This document shows positions 20,306 to 29,667 of a DNA stretch of 64,000 bases, in pieces (within the stretch, counting starts at the first letter, position 1; the number at the start of each line of letters is the position of its first letter). The stretch lies in assembly GCA_019058245.1 (NCBI GenBank), contig JAHPZJ010000013.1, forward strand, positions 265,166 to 329,165. The letters run 5' to 3'. This DNA is from Promethearchaeota archaeon. Its GTDB lineage: Archaea > Asgardarchaeota > Lokiarchaeia > Sigyniarchaeales > SOKP01. The notes beneath the pieces are model-generated. The model was not told the origin of the DNA. It made no database searches and was given only the letters and a program-made list of their open reading frames with translations. Both the position numbers and the translations under genes were made by a program.

Positions 20306-21182
20306 GCAGTTGTCAAGGAAAATTAAACACTTGAGCAAGATAAAAAAGCCTACGATTGAATTTAATAATAGAAAGTACGTTTTTACTATATGGTCTATAC
20401 TCTTATTAGCCATTGGAGCGCCACTTTCTGCTTACTTAATTTACTTGTTTTTTGATTGGAAGGCTCAATTCTGGTTGCACGAGATTGTAGTAAAACAGAC
20501 AGTTTATTTCCTGAATATTTTCTTTAATATGGGTGCTAAAGCTGAATTCGCTCCAAGTGGGAAATATTTTTGGAGGTTTTCAATTCCAGGTAGGAGTCCA
20601 ATATACTTTGAAACATTTTGTACTGGAATTCAGGCGATATGCATTTTTGCCGGGATTATCATTTTTACTCCTCATAGTCAAGACCCAAAGACTAGAGAGG
20701 ATATTGTTTGGAGGAAAACAAAAGCTCTTATTGTTTCATCAGTAATTTTTTATGTTGTAAATATTATTAGAATGCTAATTCAAATTGATTTATATTATAT
20801 TGGATATGAGTGGAATGATATACATTTTTCGATAAGTGCCGCAAGCTCTTTTATTGCGGTTATAATAGTAATTTTAATGCATAGATGGATCCCTGAATTT
20901 ATTATCTCTATAATATATACTGGCACTCTAGTGAGTGAACCTGTAAAACAAAAGAGAAAGAAAAAAGTAATGGAAATGGTTGAAAGTTCAAATAAAGCGG
21001 AATTAAAACAGATGGGTAAAATTTTAAGAATGGAAAAAAAGACTTTTTTAAGAGATATTTCAAGTTGGGCAGATGATTTTGGTTACACCATTGAAGAAGA
21101 TTATTTAATTATTCCACCAGATAAGATATCTAAATTTATACAGATGTTAATGCAAGATAAACCATTTAAAGATGAAAGCTGA
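20283..21182 (+). CDS. Archaeosortase/exosortase family protein (Lokiarchaeal type) with C-terminal soluble domain
   Basis: Catalytic-type Cys in ETFCTGIQA, Arg in VNIIRM, His in WNDIH; multi-TM. Confidence 0.82.
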   Translation: MNWIQKHKQLSRKIKHLSKIKKPTIEFNNRKYVFTIWSILLLAIGAPLSAYLIYLFFDWKAQFWLHEIVVKQTVYFLNIFFNMGAKAEFAPSGKYFWRFSIPGRSPIYFETFCTGIQAICIFAGIIIFTPHSQDPKTREDIVWRKTKALIVSSVIFYVVNIIRMLIQIDLYYIGYEWNDIHFSISAASSFIAVIIVILMHRWIPEFIISIIYTGTLVSEPVKQKRKKKVMEMVESSNKAELKQMGKILRMEKKTFLRDISSWADDFGYTIEEDYLIIPPDKISKFIQMLMQDKPFKDES

Positions 21183-21239
21183 TATATTTCAACTTCTTCT
21201 TTTAATATATTATAATAAAAAGAGAGATTTTATTGAATT

Positions 21240-22142
21240 ATGTTGAATTTTAAATCTGAACAAAAGATATTTAAAATAGGTAATGTTCTATTTGGAGGTC
21301 AACCAGGAGAAAATCCAATTGTAATGATAGCTACAGTTTTCTACACGAAACATGCTGCATTATTGGATGAAAAACTTGGAAAATTTGACAAAAATATTCT
21401 AGAAAAAGAATTAAGTGATTATACAGAAATCATTGAAGAAACAAAATTACAAGGAGTAATAGATGTAATTGGAGCATATCCAGAAGCATTAATAAAAGAA
21501 TGTGAATTTATAGCAGATAGCGTAGAATATCCCTTTTTAGTTGATGGATTAAATGATTCCTCAAGGATCCCCGCAATGGAAGGATTAAAGGAAATTGGAT
21601 TAATGGATCGAGCTATATTAAATAGTATTGATGAAAATACTAATGATGAAAATTTAGAGAAATTAAAGCAAATTGGGGTGAAAAACGCAGTATTATTAAC
21701 ATTTGGAAATAAATATATATTCCCCCAACAAAAATTAAAATTCTTACAAGAGATATTGATTCCAAAAGCTAAAAAAGCAAATATTGAAAATATAATAGTT
21801 GATACAGCGGTTTTAGATTTACCCTCAATTTCTATTAATTTCGAAACAGCGGGGTTAGTAAAGAAGGAATTAGGATTACCGACTGGATTTGCTCCTTCTA
21901 ATGCAATTTATGGATGGACTTTTATCAAAAAATTTGGGGAAGTTGCTCGATGTGGAGCAATTGCTTCAATTATGACATATTGTGCCACAGCTCCTAGTGA
22001 TTTTATTTTATTTGGCCCAATTAAATTTGCAAAATGTATTGTACCCGCAGTTGCTTTAATTTCTGGAGTTAATTCTTATTTTCGAAAAAGAGTAAAAAGA
22101 CAGAAAATATCTGAACGCACACCCCTAAAAACAATTTTTTAA
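21240..22142 (+). CDS. MtrH/MtgA-like pterin-binding methyltransferase
   Basis: EQKIFKIG...GGQPGENP, RAILNSI, LPTGFAPSNA, FILFGPI. Confidence 0.85.
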   Translation: MLNFKSEQKIFKIGNVLFGGQPGENPIVMIATVFYTKHAALLDEKLGKFDKNILEKELSDYTEIIEETKLQGVIDVIGAYPEALIKECEFIADSVEYPFLVDGLNDSSRIPAMEGLKEIGLMDRAILNSIDENTNDENLEKLKQIGVKNAVLLTFGNKYIFPQQKLKFLQEILIPKAKKANIENIIVDTAVLDLPSISINFETAGLVKKELGLPTGFAPSNAIYGWTFIKKFGEVARCGAIASIMTYCATAPSDFILFGPIKFAKCIVPAVALISGVNSYFRKRVKRQKISERTPLKTIF

Positions 22143-23638
22143 GCTATGTATCGTAAAAGCAAATCTTTTGTTTGAAATAAAAATTGTGCTAATTGTTTAT
22201 TAATTATTTTTTTTTTCTTTTCATTATCTACCAAAAACAAAATAAACATACTATTATCTTCAATTTGGATTCTTTTGAAAAGAATAATTGAATTCGCTAC
22301 TTTAAATATTGCTTCTTCTTTCTGTAAAGCTTTGAATTTTGAAAATATTTTAAATAGCATAGCAAATTGTGGCGCAGTTATTTCAAATACGTTCATAACT
22401 TCTGATTTTGGTATTGTAATAAATTCCATTATCTCTGAACTGTAAAAGTCCGCTAAAACTAATCCATCAATACTTAATAACAAAGATAAATAAGATGAAG
22501 TTGCTAAAGAAAAATTTTTAAGATTATGATTAATCAAATCTCTATTTGGACTTAATTTTGATATACCTGAGGAAAATGCTCTTAAAATTGTAAAAATTTG
22601 GAAAATACTTGTAATATATATTTCAAGCGGTTCATTAGAAGGTATTTCAGATAATTTTTTTTTGATATACTCTATATTATCTTTAATTTCTCCAGATTTT
22701 AGTATATCAGAATCTCCTTTAGATAAGATATAAACAATTGGAGTATTTTGATTGAATTTATTTAATACATTTTTTAAATTCTGAAGATAATCAATACTTT
22801 CTTCAAATCTATTGCGATTTTTGATATCAATAAAATAAAAAAGTAAATCTGCTTCATATAAATAAATTTCTGCTTTAGTTATATATTTCTTTCTAAACTT
22901 ATATTGCCCTCCTAAATCCCATAAAAAGATTGTTGCCCCTAAAGCTTCAATGGATTTGATACTGGCTCCAGATGTAGGTTTTAACCCAATTAGTTTACTG
23001 TATTTTCGATCGACTGATAATAAAAAACTTGTTTTTCCGCTATCATCCAATCCTGCAAATAAGATTTTCATTTTTCTATGGGTTGTAATAGGAGTTGAAG
23101 GACTTTGTTCAATTTTCACTAATTTTAATAAAAAACTGTGGAACATTGATGAAACATCTTCACGTGGAGGATAATATTTCTCTATCTTTTCATCAAAAGT
23201 TTTGAAAAATTCATAAACTATGGGCTTTATTCGATTTATATTATTGTAAAGAAAACTCCGACTATTTTCTTCTATTAATATAGAAAATGCCGTAGCTACA
23301 GGGCGTTCCGAGCCTAATCTAATAAAGTGGAAATATGTGAGGGCAGTAGATTTAAAATCAGGATATGGTAAAATTGCGAAATATTGTATTTTTTTAAGAT
23401 CTTTCTCTCGAGATATTATCTTATCACTAATAAACAGGCTTAAATTTTTAATTGAAATTTGAGTTATATCTCGCATAGACAATATTAGTTCATTTTCCTT
23501 TTTAGATGTCTCATTAATTTCCTTTAGTTCTTTCTCAGTATAGTAATCTGGAAAGCAATAAATAGGTGCTGGACCAAGTTCACCATAAACGCTTAAAACA
23601 AAACCCTTCACAATTGAAGCTTTGAATAATTCTTCCAT
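22139..23638 (-). CDS. uDENN/longin + Rag/Arf-like GTPase + roadblock fusion protein
   Basis: VYGELGPAP longin start; GLDDSGKT, PTSG, WDLGGQ, SKGD, TSIFQ; C-terminal LLSIDGLVLADF roadblock-like segment. Confidence 0.8.
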   Translation of the reverse strand: MEELFKASIVKGFVLSVYGELGPAPIYCFPDYYTEKELKEINETSKKENELILSMRDITQISIKNLSLFISDKIISREKDLKKIQYFAILPYPDFKSTALTYFHFIRLGSERPVATAFSILIEENSRSFLYNNINRIKPIVYEFFKTFDEKIEKYYPPREDVSSMFHSFLLKLVKIEQSPSTPITTHRKMKILFAGLDDSGKTSFLLSVDRKYSKLIGLKPTSGASIKSIEALGATIFLWDLGGQYKFRKKYITKAEIYLYEADLLFYFIDIKNRNRFEESIDYLQNLKNVLNKFNQNTPIVYILSKGDSDILKSGEIKDNIEYIKKKLSEIPSNEPLEIYITSIFQIFTILRAFSSGISKLSPNRDLINHNLKNFSLATSSYLSLLLSIDGLVLADFYSSEIMEFITIPKSEVMNVFEITAPQFAMLFKIFSKFKALQKEEAIFKVANSIILFKRIQIEDNSMFILFLVDNEKKKKIINKQLAQFLFQTKDLLLRYIA

Positions 23639-23732
23639 TATATTAAATAACTATTTTTGAATTTTAAGATGTAAATTTCTTTATTTTATTTATGCAAATT
23701 TTATTATTAATAGGTTTATATTTAAATCATAA

Positions 23733-24695
23733 ATGTTTTTAAAAAAAATTGCTGATAGCATTAGGAATAATCAATTCATTATAGAAAAAAAAGAGATAAG
23801 TCCTATCGTACAATATATCAATAAAAATTCTTTTAAAAGTAGTAAAATCTTCAGGGATATGGGTGAAGACTCTGCAGCAATAAACGATAGTGAAAAATTA
23901 ATTTTACTTACGACTGATAGAATTAGAACTTCATTCATTGAGAAATTTCCATTTGGTGCGGGATTCAGCTCAGTTTTAGTTAGTGTAGATGATATTTATG
24001 CATGTGGTGGTACCCCATTAGCAGCAAGTATTATAATTTCAGTTAAAGATCCAAAAATCTGTAATAGATTATTAGAAGGCCTATGCGAAGGTTCAAAAAA
24101 ATTTCAAGTTCCAATCGTTAGAGGACATACTAATATGAACAGTAAATGTTATGAATTAAGTTCTACAATGGTTGGTGAAATAGACAAAAGAGATTATATT
24201 TCTGCCGGAAATGCTCAGAAGGATGATAAAATTATTCTAGCTGTTGATTTCGATGGAAAAGTTGGAAAAGCTAGTAAGTTTTATTATGATACAACAACAT
24301 TTAAAGATTCAGAGATTATCTTAAAGAAAAGAAGAAGCATGAATGTTATCGCAAAAAAACATCTTGTTAATGCATCAAAAGATGTTTCAAATGGAGGAAT
24401 ATTTGGGACTTTATTACAATTAATCAAATATTCTCAGGTTGGCGCAGATGTGAACATTAATCAAATTCAAATTCCACCAATATTAATTGAAAGTAAATAT
24501 GATTTAGATACCTATCTAAAAATGTATCTTACAACTTCATTTGTACTAACTGCTCCAGAAAGTAATTGTAAGGAAACAATTAAAGTATTTAATGAATATG
24601 GATTAGAAGCTCATATCATAGGACAAATTATAGGTGAAAAAAAGCTATTGAAAATAAATGATGGGGAAAATTCAATTAATGTAATTCGATTTTAA
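23733..24695 (+). CDS. AIR synthase-related (PurM/ThiL/SelD/HypE superfamily) protein, methanogenesis-marker-2-like
   Basis: GEDSAAI, DDIYACGGTP, VPIVRGHT, KDVSNGGIFGTL. Confidence 0.82.
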   Translation: MFLKKIADSIRNNQFIIEKKEISPIVQYINKNSFKSSKIFRDMGEDSAAINDSEKLILLTTDRIRTSFIEKFPFGAGFSSVLVSVDDIYACGGTPLAASIIISVKDPKICNRLLEGLCEGSKKFQVPIVRGHTNMNSKCYELSSTMVGEIDKRDYISAGNAQKDDKIILAVDFDGKVGKASKFYYDTTTFKDSEIILKKRRSMNVIAKKHLVNASKDVSNGGIFGTLLQLIKYSQVGADVNINQIQIPPILIESKYDLDTYLKMYLTTSFVLTAPESNCKETIKVFNEYGLEAHIIGQIIGEKKLLKINDGENSINVIRF

Positions 24696-24821
24696 TTTTT
24701 TTTATTAATTTTCCGCTCTTATTTAACAATTAATTCAGAAAAAATAGCAGATTTCTTGTATATATCGGAACATTTTTTAATTTCTTTATATTTCCGAATG
24801 ATTATTATTGTAATTCTTTGA

Positions 24822-25496
24822 TTATAAAAGATTACAGTGGCATTTGTGGCAAATGGAGCTTGTACTATCGTTTATTTCCCCACACACTTTACAGATAATT
24901 TTTTTTGATTTTTTTACAATAATTTCAGCTTCCTTTTCAGCTTTAAATTTAGCCATTTTTTCAGCTAATTCTCTCGCTTCTTTTTCTCTTGCTTCCTTTT
25001 CAGCTTGTTGTTTCGCAATTACCATCTCTCTTTCCTTAGTCTCCCTTTCAGCTTTCTCTTTAGCTTCTCTTTCAGCTTTTTCTCTAGCTTCTCTTTCAAC
25101 TTTTTCTCTAGCTTCTCTTTCAGCTTTCTCTTTTGCTTCTCTTTCAGCTTTCTCTTTAGCTTCTCTTTTAGCTTTCTCTTTAGCTTCTCTTTCAGCTTTC
25201 TCTTTAGCCTCTCTCTCTGCTTTTTCCTTAGCCTCTCTTTCAGCTTTTTTTATAGCTTCTTTTTCGGTTTTTTCTACTTCTTTTTTTTCTTTTCTTGCCT
25301 CTAACTTATATTTAGCTTTCTCCTTAGTCTCACTTGCTTTTTCTTTAATTTTTGAAGCAAATTTACTTAATCGTTCTTTACTCCCACCTATTTTGTCTTT
25401 GAACGTAGATTTAGAAGAACTTTCTGATTCTTGATTTTTATCTTCTGAATCAGCAGAAGTATCAGCAATTTCTTCTTCATTATTGGATTCATTCAT
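24822..25496 (-). CDS. E/K/R-rich repeat (single alpha-helix-like) protein with C-terminal zinc ribbon
   Basis: Nine AEREAKEK-type octads; C-terminal CKVCG...CHKCHC. Confidence 0.8.
   Translation of the reverse strand: MNESNNEEEIADTSADSEDKNQESESSSKSTFKDKIGGSKERLSKFASKIKEKASETKEKAKYKLEARKEKKEVEKTEKEAIKKAEREAKEKAEREAKEKAEREAKEKAKREAKEKAEREAKEKAEREAREKVEREAREKAEREAKEKAERETKEREMVIAKQQAEKEAREKEARELAEKMAKFKAEKEAEIIVKKSKKIICKVCGEINDSTSSICHKCHCNLL
25029..25244. repeat. Coding tandem repeat, 9 x 24 bp
   Basis: Encodes (A/V)(E/K)RE(A/T)(K/R)E(K/R) nine times on the minus strand. Confidence 0.92.
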
Positions 25497-25637
25497 TTGA
25501 TTTTACCTAATTCAATTAGTTTTATTAGTTAAGATTAATATCAATTAGATTAATATTTTATTCTTTTCATAATAATTAGCTATTAATAAGTTAAATAGTA
25601 TAGTAATTATCAAAAAATAATACATAAGTAAAGTAAT

Positions 25638-26162
25638 ATGAATTTTAATTTTAAAAAGGATTTTAACGGTGTGATTTCTGTTATTGGAGCTAGTGAAATT
25701 GATAAAGAAACAGAAAAAAAAACATTTGAAATTGGGAAATTACTTGCTCAAAACAGATATATTGTTGCATGTGGTGGATTATCTGGGGTAATGAAAGCTG
25801 TTTGTAAAGGCGTAAAAAGTGAAAACGGTTTGACAATTGGAATAATTCCTTTTGTAGAGAAATCAGCAGCAAATAAATATGTTGATATTATCATTCCATG
25901 CCCATTTTCCCAAGCAAGAAATATAATTGTGGTTCTTAGTGGTGATGCATGCGTAGCCATTAGTGGTAAAGCAGGAACTTTATCAGAAATTTGTTTTGCA
26001 TGGATTTATCAAAAACCAATAGTAGCTTTATCCAGTGTTAGAGGATGGTCATCAAAAATAGCCAATCAAAAGTTAGATGATAGAAGACTTGATAAGATCT
26101 ATGGCGTTGAGACCCCTCAAGAAGTAATTTCTAAATTAAAGGAACTTCTAAAAACTCAATAA
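25638..26162 (+). CDS. LOG/SLOG family Rossmann-fold protein (TIGR00725-like)
   Basis: CGGLSGVM, GLTIGIIP, ARNIIVV, GKAGTLSEI. Confidence 0.88.
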   Translation: MNFNFKKDFNGVISVIGASEIDKETEKKTFEIGKLLAQNRYIVACGGLSGVMKAVCKGVKSENGLTIGIIPFVEKSAANKYVDIIIPCPFSQARNIIVVLSGDACVAISGKAGTLSEICFAWIYQKPIVALSSVRGWSSKIANQKLDDRRLDKIYGVETPQEVISKLKELLKTQ

Positions 26163-26326
26163 AGATACATGTTTAGTTTTGAGAATATACAAAGTATATA
26201 TATCAAATTATATCTGAAAAATAGGAAAGAATAAAAAAAATAAAATAGGATGAAATTATTTTATAACTTACAAAAAAAATATATTTATAATTACATTACT
26301 CTTATAAATCTAGGTGAAATTTAACT

Positions 26327-27295
26327 GTGGAAAAAGATCTCAAACAATCAATATTATATTTAAAGAAAGAAGAACCTTCTAAACCAGAAGTCTCAAAATT
26401 AATGTTCACGGGGCTTGACGATGCAGGCAAAACAAGCATAATTTTGTCGCTTCAAAGAGAATTCTCAAAGATCGCAATACTTTCTCCGACAAGAGGTGCA
26501 CAAAGAAGAATTTTTAGTTTTTTGGGAAAAGAGATTGCGGAATGGGATCTTGGAGGGCAATTAGCTTATCGGATTGCCTATTTAAAAAATCCAGGTAAAT
26601 ATTTTGAGGGAACAGAGATTGCTATATATGTAATTGATATTCAAAACAAAGAAAGATTCTCAGAGGCTATTAGTTATTTTAAGGATGTAATAAAACAGTT
26701 TGAAGAATTAGAGATTGAGCCTCCAATATATGTTTTTCTTCATAAATTTGATCCCGCACTAAAAAGAAATGCCCAAAATGAGATGAACGCATTAATTATT
26801 GATTTAAAAGATAAATTAAAAGCAACTAAGTATAAAAAATTATTCTATTATGAAACTTCTATTTACAATTTTGGTTCAATAATTGCTGCTATGTCTGAAA
26901 TTCTTTTAGATTTATATCCAAAATCAGAATTAATAGAAAAGACAATTTTCGAATTTGCAAAAAAAGTTGAATCTGAGGGAGTTGTGATTATTGATGATAA
27001 TTCACTTATTATAGGATCATACTATAAAGATGACGAAATAAAACATCTCCTCACTGCAAGTGTTCCATATTTCCTTACTTTGCACGAATCATTCCAATTC
27101 ACAAATCCCATGGAAGAAAAATATGGAGATCGGATGTTAATTCAGCGTTTTGGCAAAAATTTCATATTTAAACAATTTCAATTAAAGAAAGAAACAACAC
27201 CATATTATTTACTACTTGTAAAGGAGGAACCTGTTTTTAATAAGGAAGACCTCGAATCTTTTGCAAACTTATTACAGGAAATTCTTTATAAATAA
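26327..27295 (+). CDS. Rag-like (Arf-related) small GTPase with C-terminal roadblock domain
   Basis: GLDDAGKT, PTRG, WDLGGQ, Rag-type HKFD and TSIY; C-terminal VVIIDDNSLIIGSY. Confidence 0.85.
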   Translation: MEKDLKQSILYLKKEEPSKPEVSKLMFTGLDDAGKTSIILSLQREFSKIAILSPTRGAQRRIFSFLGKEIAEWDLGGQLAYRIAYLKNPGKYFEGTEIAIYVIDIQNKERFSEAISYFKDVIKQFEELEIEPPIYVFLHKFDPALKRNAQNEMNALIIDLKDKLKATKYKKLFYYETSIYNFGSIIAAMSEILLDLYPKSELIEKTIFEFAKKVESEGVVIIDDNSLIIGSYYKDDEIKHLLTASVPYFLTLHESFQFTNPMEEKYGDRMLIQRFGKNFIFKQFQLKKETTPYYLLLVKEEPVFNKEDLESFANLLQEILYK

Positions 27296-27469
27296 TTATA
27301 TAATTTATTTCTAATTGAAAATATTATATATTTAGTTTAGCATTGCTAATATTAATAAAATCTAATTTTTATTTATTTTATTATATAAAAACAAAAAAGC
27401 AAATTTGTTTGATAAAAATCTAAATAAATAAAGAGAGAAATCAAAAAGACAAAGAGTGAGAAATATCTA

Positions 27470-28546
27470 TTGATCATATGCCAGAATTGTGGAACGACGA
27501 ATAATGAACTTACTACGCGTGTTTGCAGGAATTGTGGAGCAATATTGCCAGTTTTCTCTAAAAGTAGTAGAGGAAGAAATAAAAAGGACGTGGTAGTGGA
27601 GAAGAAAAAAAAAAAAAAGGTAACTAAAAAGGTTGAAAATAAACCCATCGAACCAGAAAAAAAAATAAAAGAAGATTTAATGTTAGAGGAAATTCCAAAA
27701 GAGATAGAGAGAGATGAAAAAATTGGTAAATTACAAGAGATTCCAGCTACATTAGAAGAAGAATTTGAAAATCCAATTCGTGAAGAGAATAAAACTTCAA
27801 TCTTGCAAGAAATTCCAGCTCAACCTTTTAAAGGATCTATATTTAACTCTAAAATAAGCATGGAAAAGCCCTCACCATTACCGCTTCCATCTTCTCGATC
27901 CGAGAACGTAATTACAGATGCTTTTGCAGAACTTAAAAATTCTATTCTGGAGGATCAGAAAAAAGAAAAGGAATCTCCCGCATCACCGATATCTTTAGAG
28001 AGTGGAAAAATTGAAGAATCTATTTTAAAGCAAAAACAATTAGAAAAAGATATGACTGAAGTTTTAGGGTTTCTTTCGAAAAAAATTTCAGTTAAAAAAT
28101 TGGAAATTCCAAAAGTTAATAAAAAGGAAAAAGAAGAACCAAAGGAAGAAATAGCTCCTTCTAGTATGAATGAAATTTTGAATAGGCTATTAACATTAGA
28201 TTTAAATATTGAGGCTTCAGCCATTATAAAATCAGATGGAACAATATTAGCCTCAGCAACATCTAGTAGAATTTCTGATTCTTTATTTGCAACAATAGGA
28301 ATGAATTTATCAATGATAGGGACAGATATTATAGAAGGATTAAGCGCTGGGATATTAAAATCTATCTCTCTTAAAGCGACTGAAGGTGTATTAGATCTTG
28401 CGCCTATAGATAAAACAAACCCAAGTGTCAAAGATATGTTTTTAATATTATTTTCTCATTCGAAAGTTAAAAGTGGAATAATTTCTTTTGCGGTTAATAT
28501 CGTTAAAAAACAATTAAAAGAGTATTTAGGTTTAAAAAAGGCATAG
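27470..28546 (+). CDS. Zinc-ribbon + low-complexity linker + roadblock/LAMTOR-like domain protein
   Basis: CQNCG...CRNCG; C-terminal IEASAIIKSDGTILAS roadblock pattern. Confidence 0.8.
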   Translation: MIICQNCGTTNNELTTRVCRNCGAILPVFSKSSRGRNKKDVVVEKKKKKKVTKKVENKPIEPEKKIKEDLMLEEIPKEIERDEKIGKLQEIPATLEEEFENPIREENKTSILQEIPAQPFKGSIFNSKISMEKPSPLPLPSSRSENVITDAFAELKNSILEDQKKEKESPASPISLESGKIEESILKQKQLEKDMTEVLGFLSKKISVKKLEIPKVNKKEKEEPKEEIAPSSMNEILNRLLTLDLNIEASAIIKSDGTILASATSSRISDSLFATIGMNLSMIGTDIIEGLSAGILKSISLKATEGVLDLAPIDKTNPSVKDMFLILFSHSKVKSGIISFAVNIVKKQLKEYLGLKKA

Positions 28547-28579
28547 GCCTCAAGTATAATAAATTTAACCGAGATTAAC

Positions 28580-29374
28580 TCAAAATAATCTTTTCTGTAT
28601 ATTAATTTTATTAATTTGAATAGTTTTGAAATAAGATAAATTATTTTGTAATTCTTGCAAAAATGAGTTAATTTCATAAATTGAAACAAGAGGAATTTGA
28701 TTTTCATTAATTCTAAACCTATTGTCTTCAAGAGTTACTATTAATGGAATTAAAATAAAAGGTAATCGTTTTTTTAGGTTTATTCTATTCCCTAATAATT
28801 CTTGAATCAACCGTGAGAAGATATCAGGATTTTTTCTTAATGCGATGGCTCGTTGAAGTTGTAAATTTGCTGCTTTATTAATAGAACCAAACGAATCTCT
28901 ACGTTTCCATTGTTTTGCATCAATTAATAGAATATTATTTGAATAAATTCCAATTACATCGATTTCATAACGTTTTTGTGATGTTTCAGCTTTAAAATTT
29001 GATCTATCTGAAAACCTAAAATTCTTTTTGGTGATATAATTATTTCTTGATAAAATTTCTAAAACTAAGATTTCAAATCCATTATAATTTAAGATATCAG
29101 AATAATGTTTTATATCAACCTCTAAAGTGTTGATACTATTTAAGATGAATAATATTTTATTAATTACAATATAATCTTGGTAATTTCCTCTTTGAATATA
29201 AATAAAATCAAAATTCTTTAAGAATTCTCTTAGCTCAGAAGATTTAAATTGATTAAGGAATGATATTTCTGATATTTCCCACCATGTTTCAATAACATTT
29301 GTATCAGTTTCCAGCAAAATTTGAAATATCTCCCTATAAAATTGCCTTAATGATAAAAGAGAAGAAGTTTTCAT
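28580..29374 (-). CDS. PD-(D/E)XK restriction-endonuclease-like protein (Mrr/NERD-like)
   Basis: FE..V..IL, EIDVIG...LLIDAKQW; ATG at 29374 preferred over TTG 29410. Confidence 0.75.
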   Translation of the reverse strand: MKTSSLLSLRQFYREIFQILLETDTNVIETWWEISEISFLNQFKSSELREFLKNFDFIYIQRGNYQDYIVINKILFILNSINTLEVDIKHYSDILNYNGFEILVLEILSRNNYITKKNFRFSDRSNFKAETSQKRYEIDVIGIYSNNILLIDAKQWKRRDSFGSINKAANLQLQRAIALRKNPDIFSRLIQELLGNRINLKKRLPFILIPLIVTLEDNRFRINENQIPLVSIYEINSFLQELQNNLSYFKTIQINKINIQKRLF

Positions 29375-29667
29375 TAATTTAAAAATATTATTTTTACAAA
29401 ATAAATGCAAGAGAGTGTAATATTTCTGAAATTACCAGCAAATCTTTTTTCATCTAATCTTTTTCTCATGTACGTATGAAAACTCCCTTATAATAATCGG
29501 TAAAATTGCATTTTTTTTTATTTTTTAGATATTTCTCCGATTTTTTATTTCTTAGATAATCGTAGTTAACTTTTAATGAATGAATAATAATGTTATTTAT
29601 AGCCTTTCTGATGTTATTAATAAAGGTAATATTGAATATAATAAAAATAATTTAACAGGATATAAAT

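Noticed and set aside
21240-22142. Methanogenesis inferred from MtrH-like, Hdr and marker-2-like genes
   Set aside because: No mcr or other mtr subunits in the window; stand-alone MtrH-like proteins and Mvh/Hdr are common in non-methanogens.
23733-24695. SelD, HypE or ThiL assignment for the AIR-synthase-like gene
   Set aside because: It lacks the N-terminal Cys/Sec-x-x-Lys of SelD and the C-terminal PRIC of HypE; only superfamily level is supportable.
25029-25244. Possible CRISPR array
   Set aside because: Contiguous in-frame coding repeats with no unique spacers; no cas genes in the window.
24844-25434. Long plus-strand ORFs (24844..25434 and 25005..25304)
   Set aside because: Antisense shadows of the 24-bp E/K/R repeat, with S/L/F/A-only low-complexity translations.
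28580-29410. Restriction-modification or defence island
   Set aside because: Single PD-(D/E)XK gene with no DNA methylase, integrase or other defence genes adjacent.
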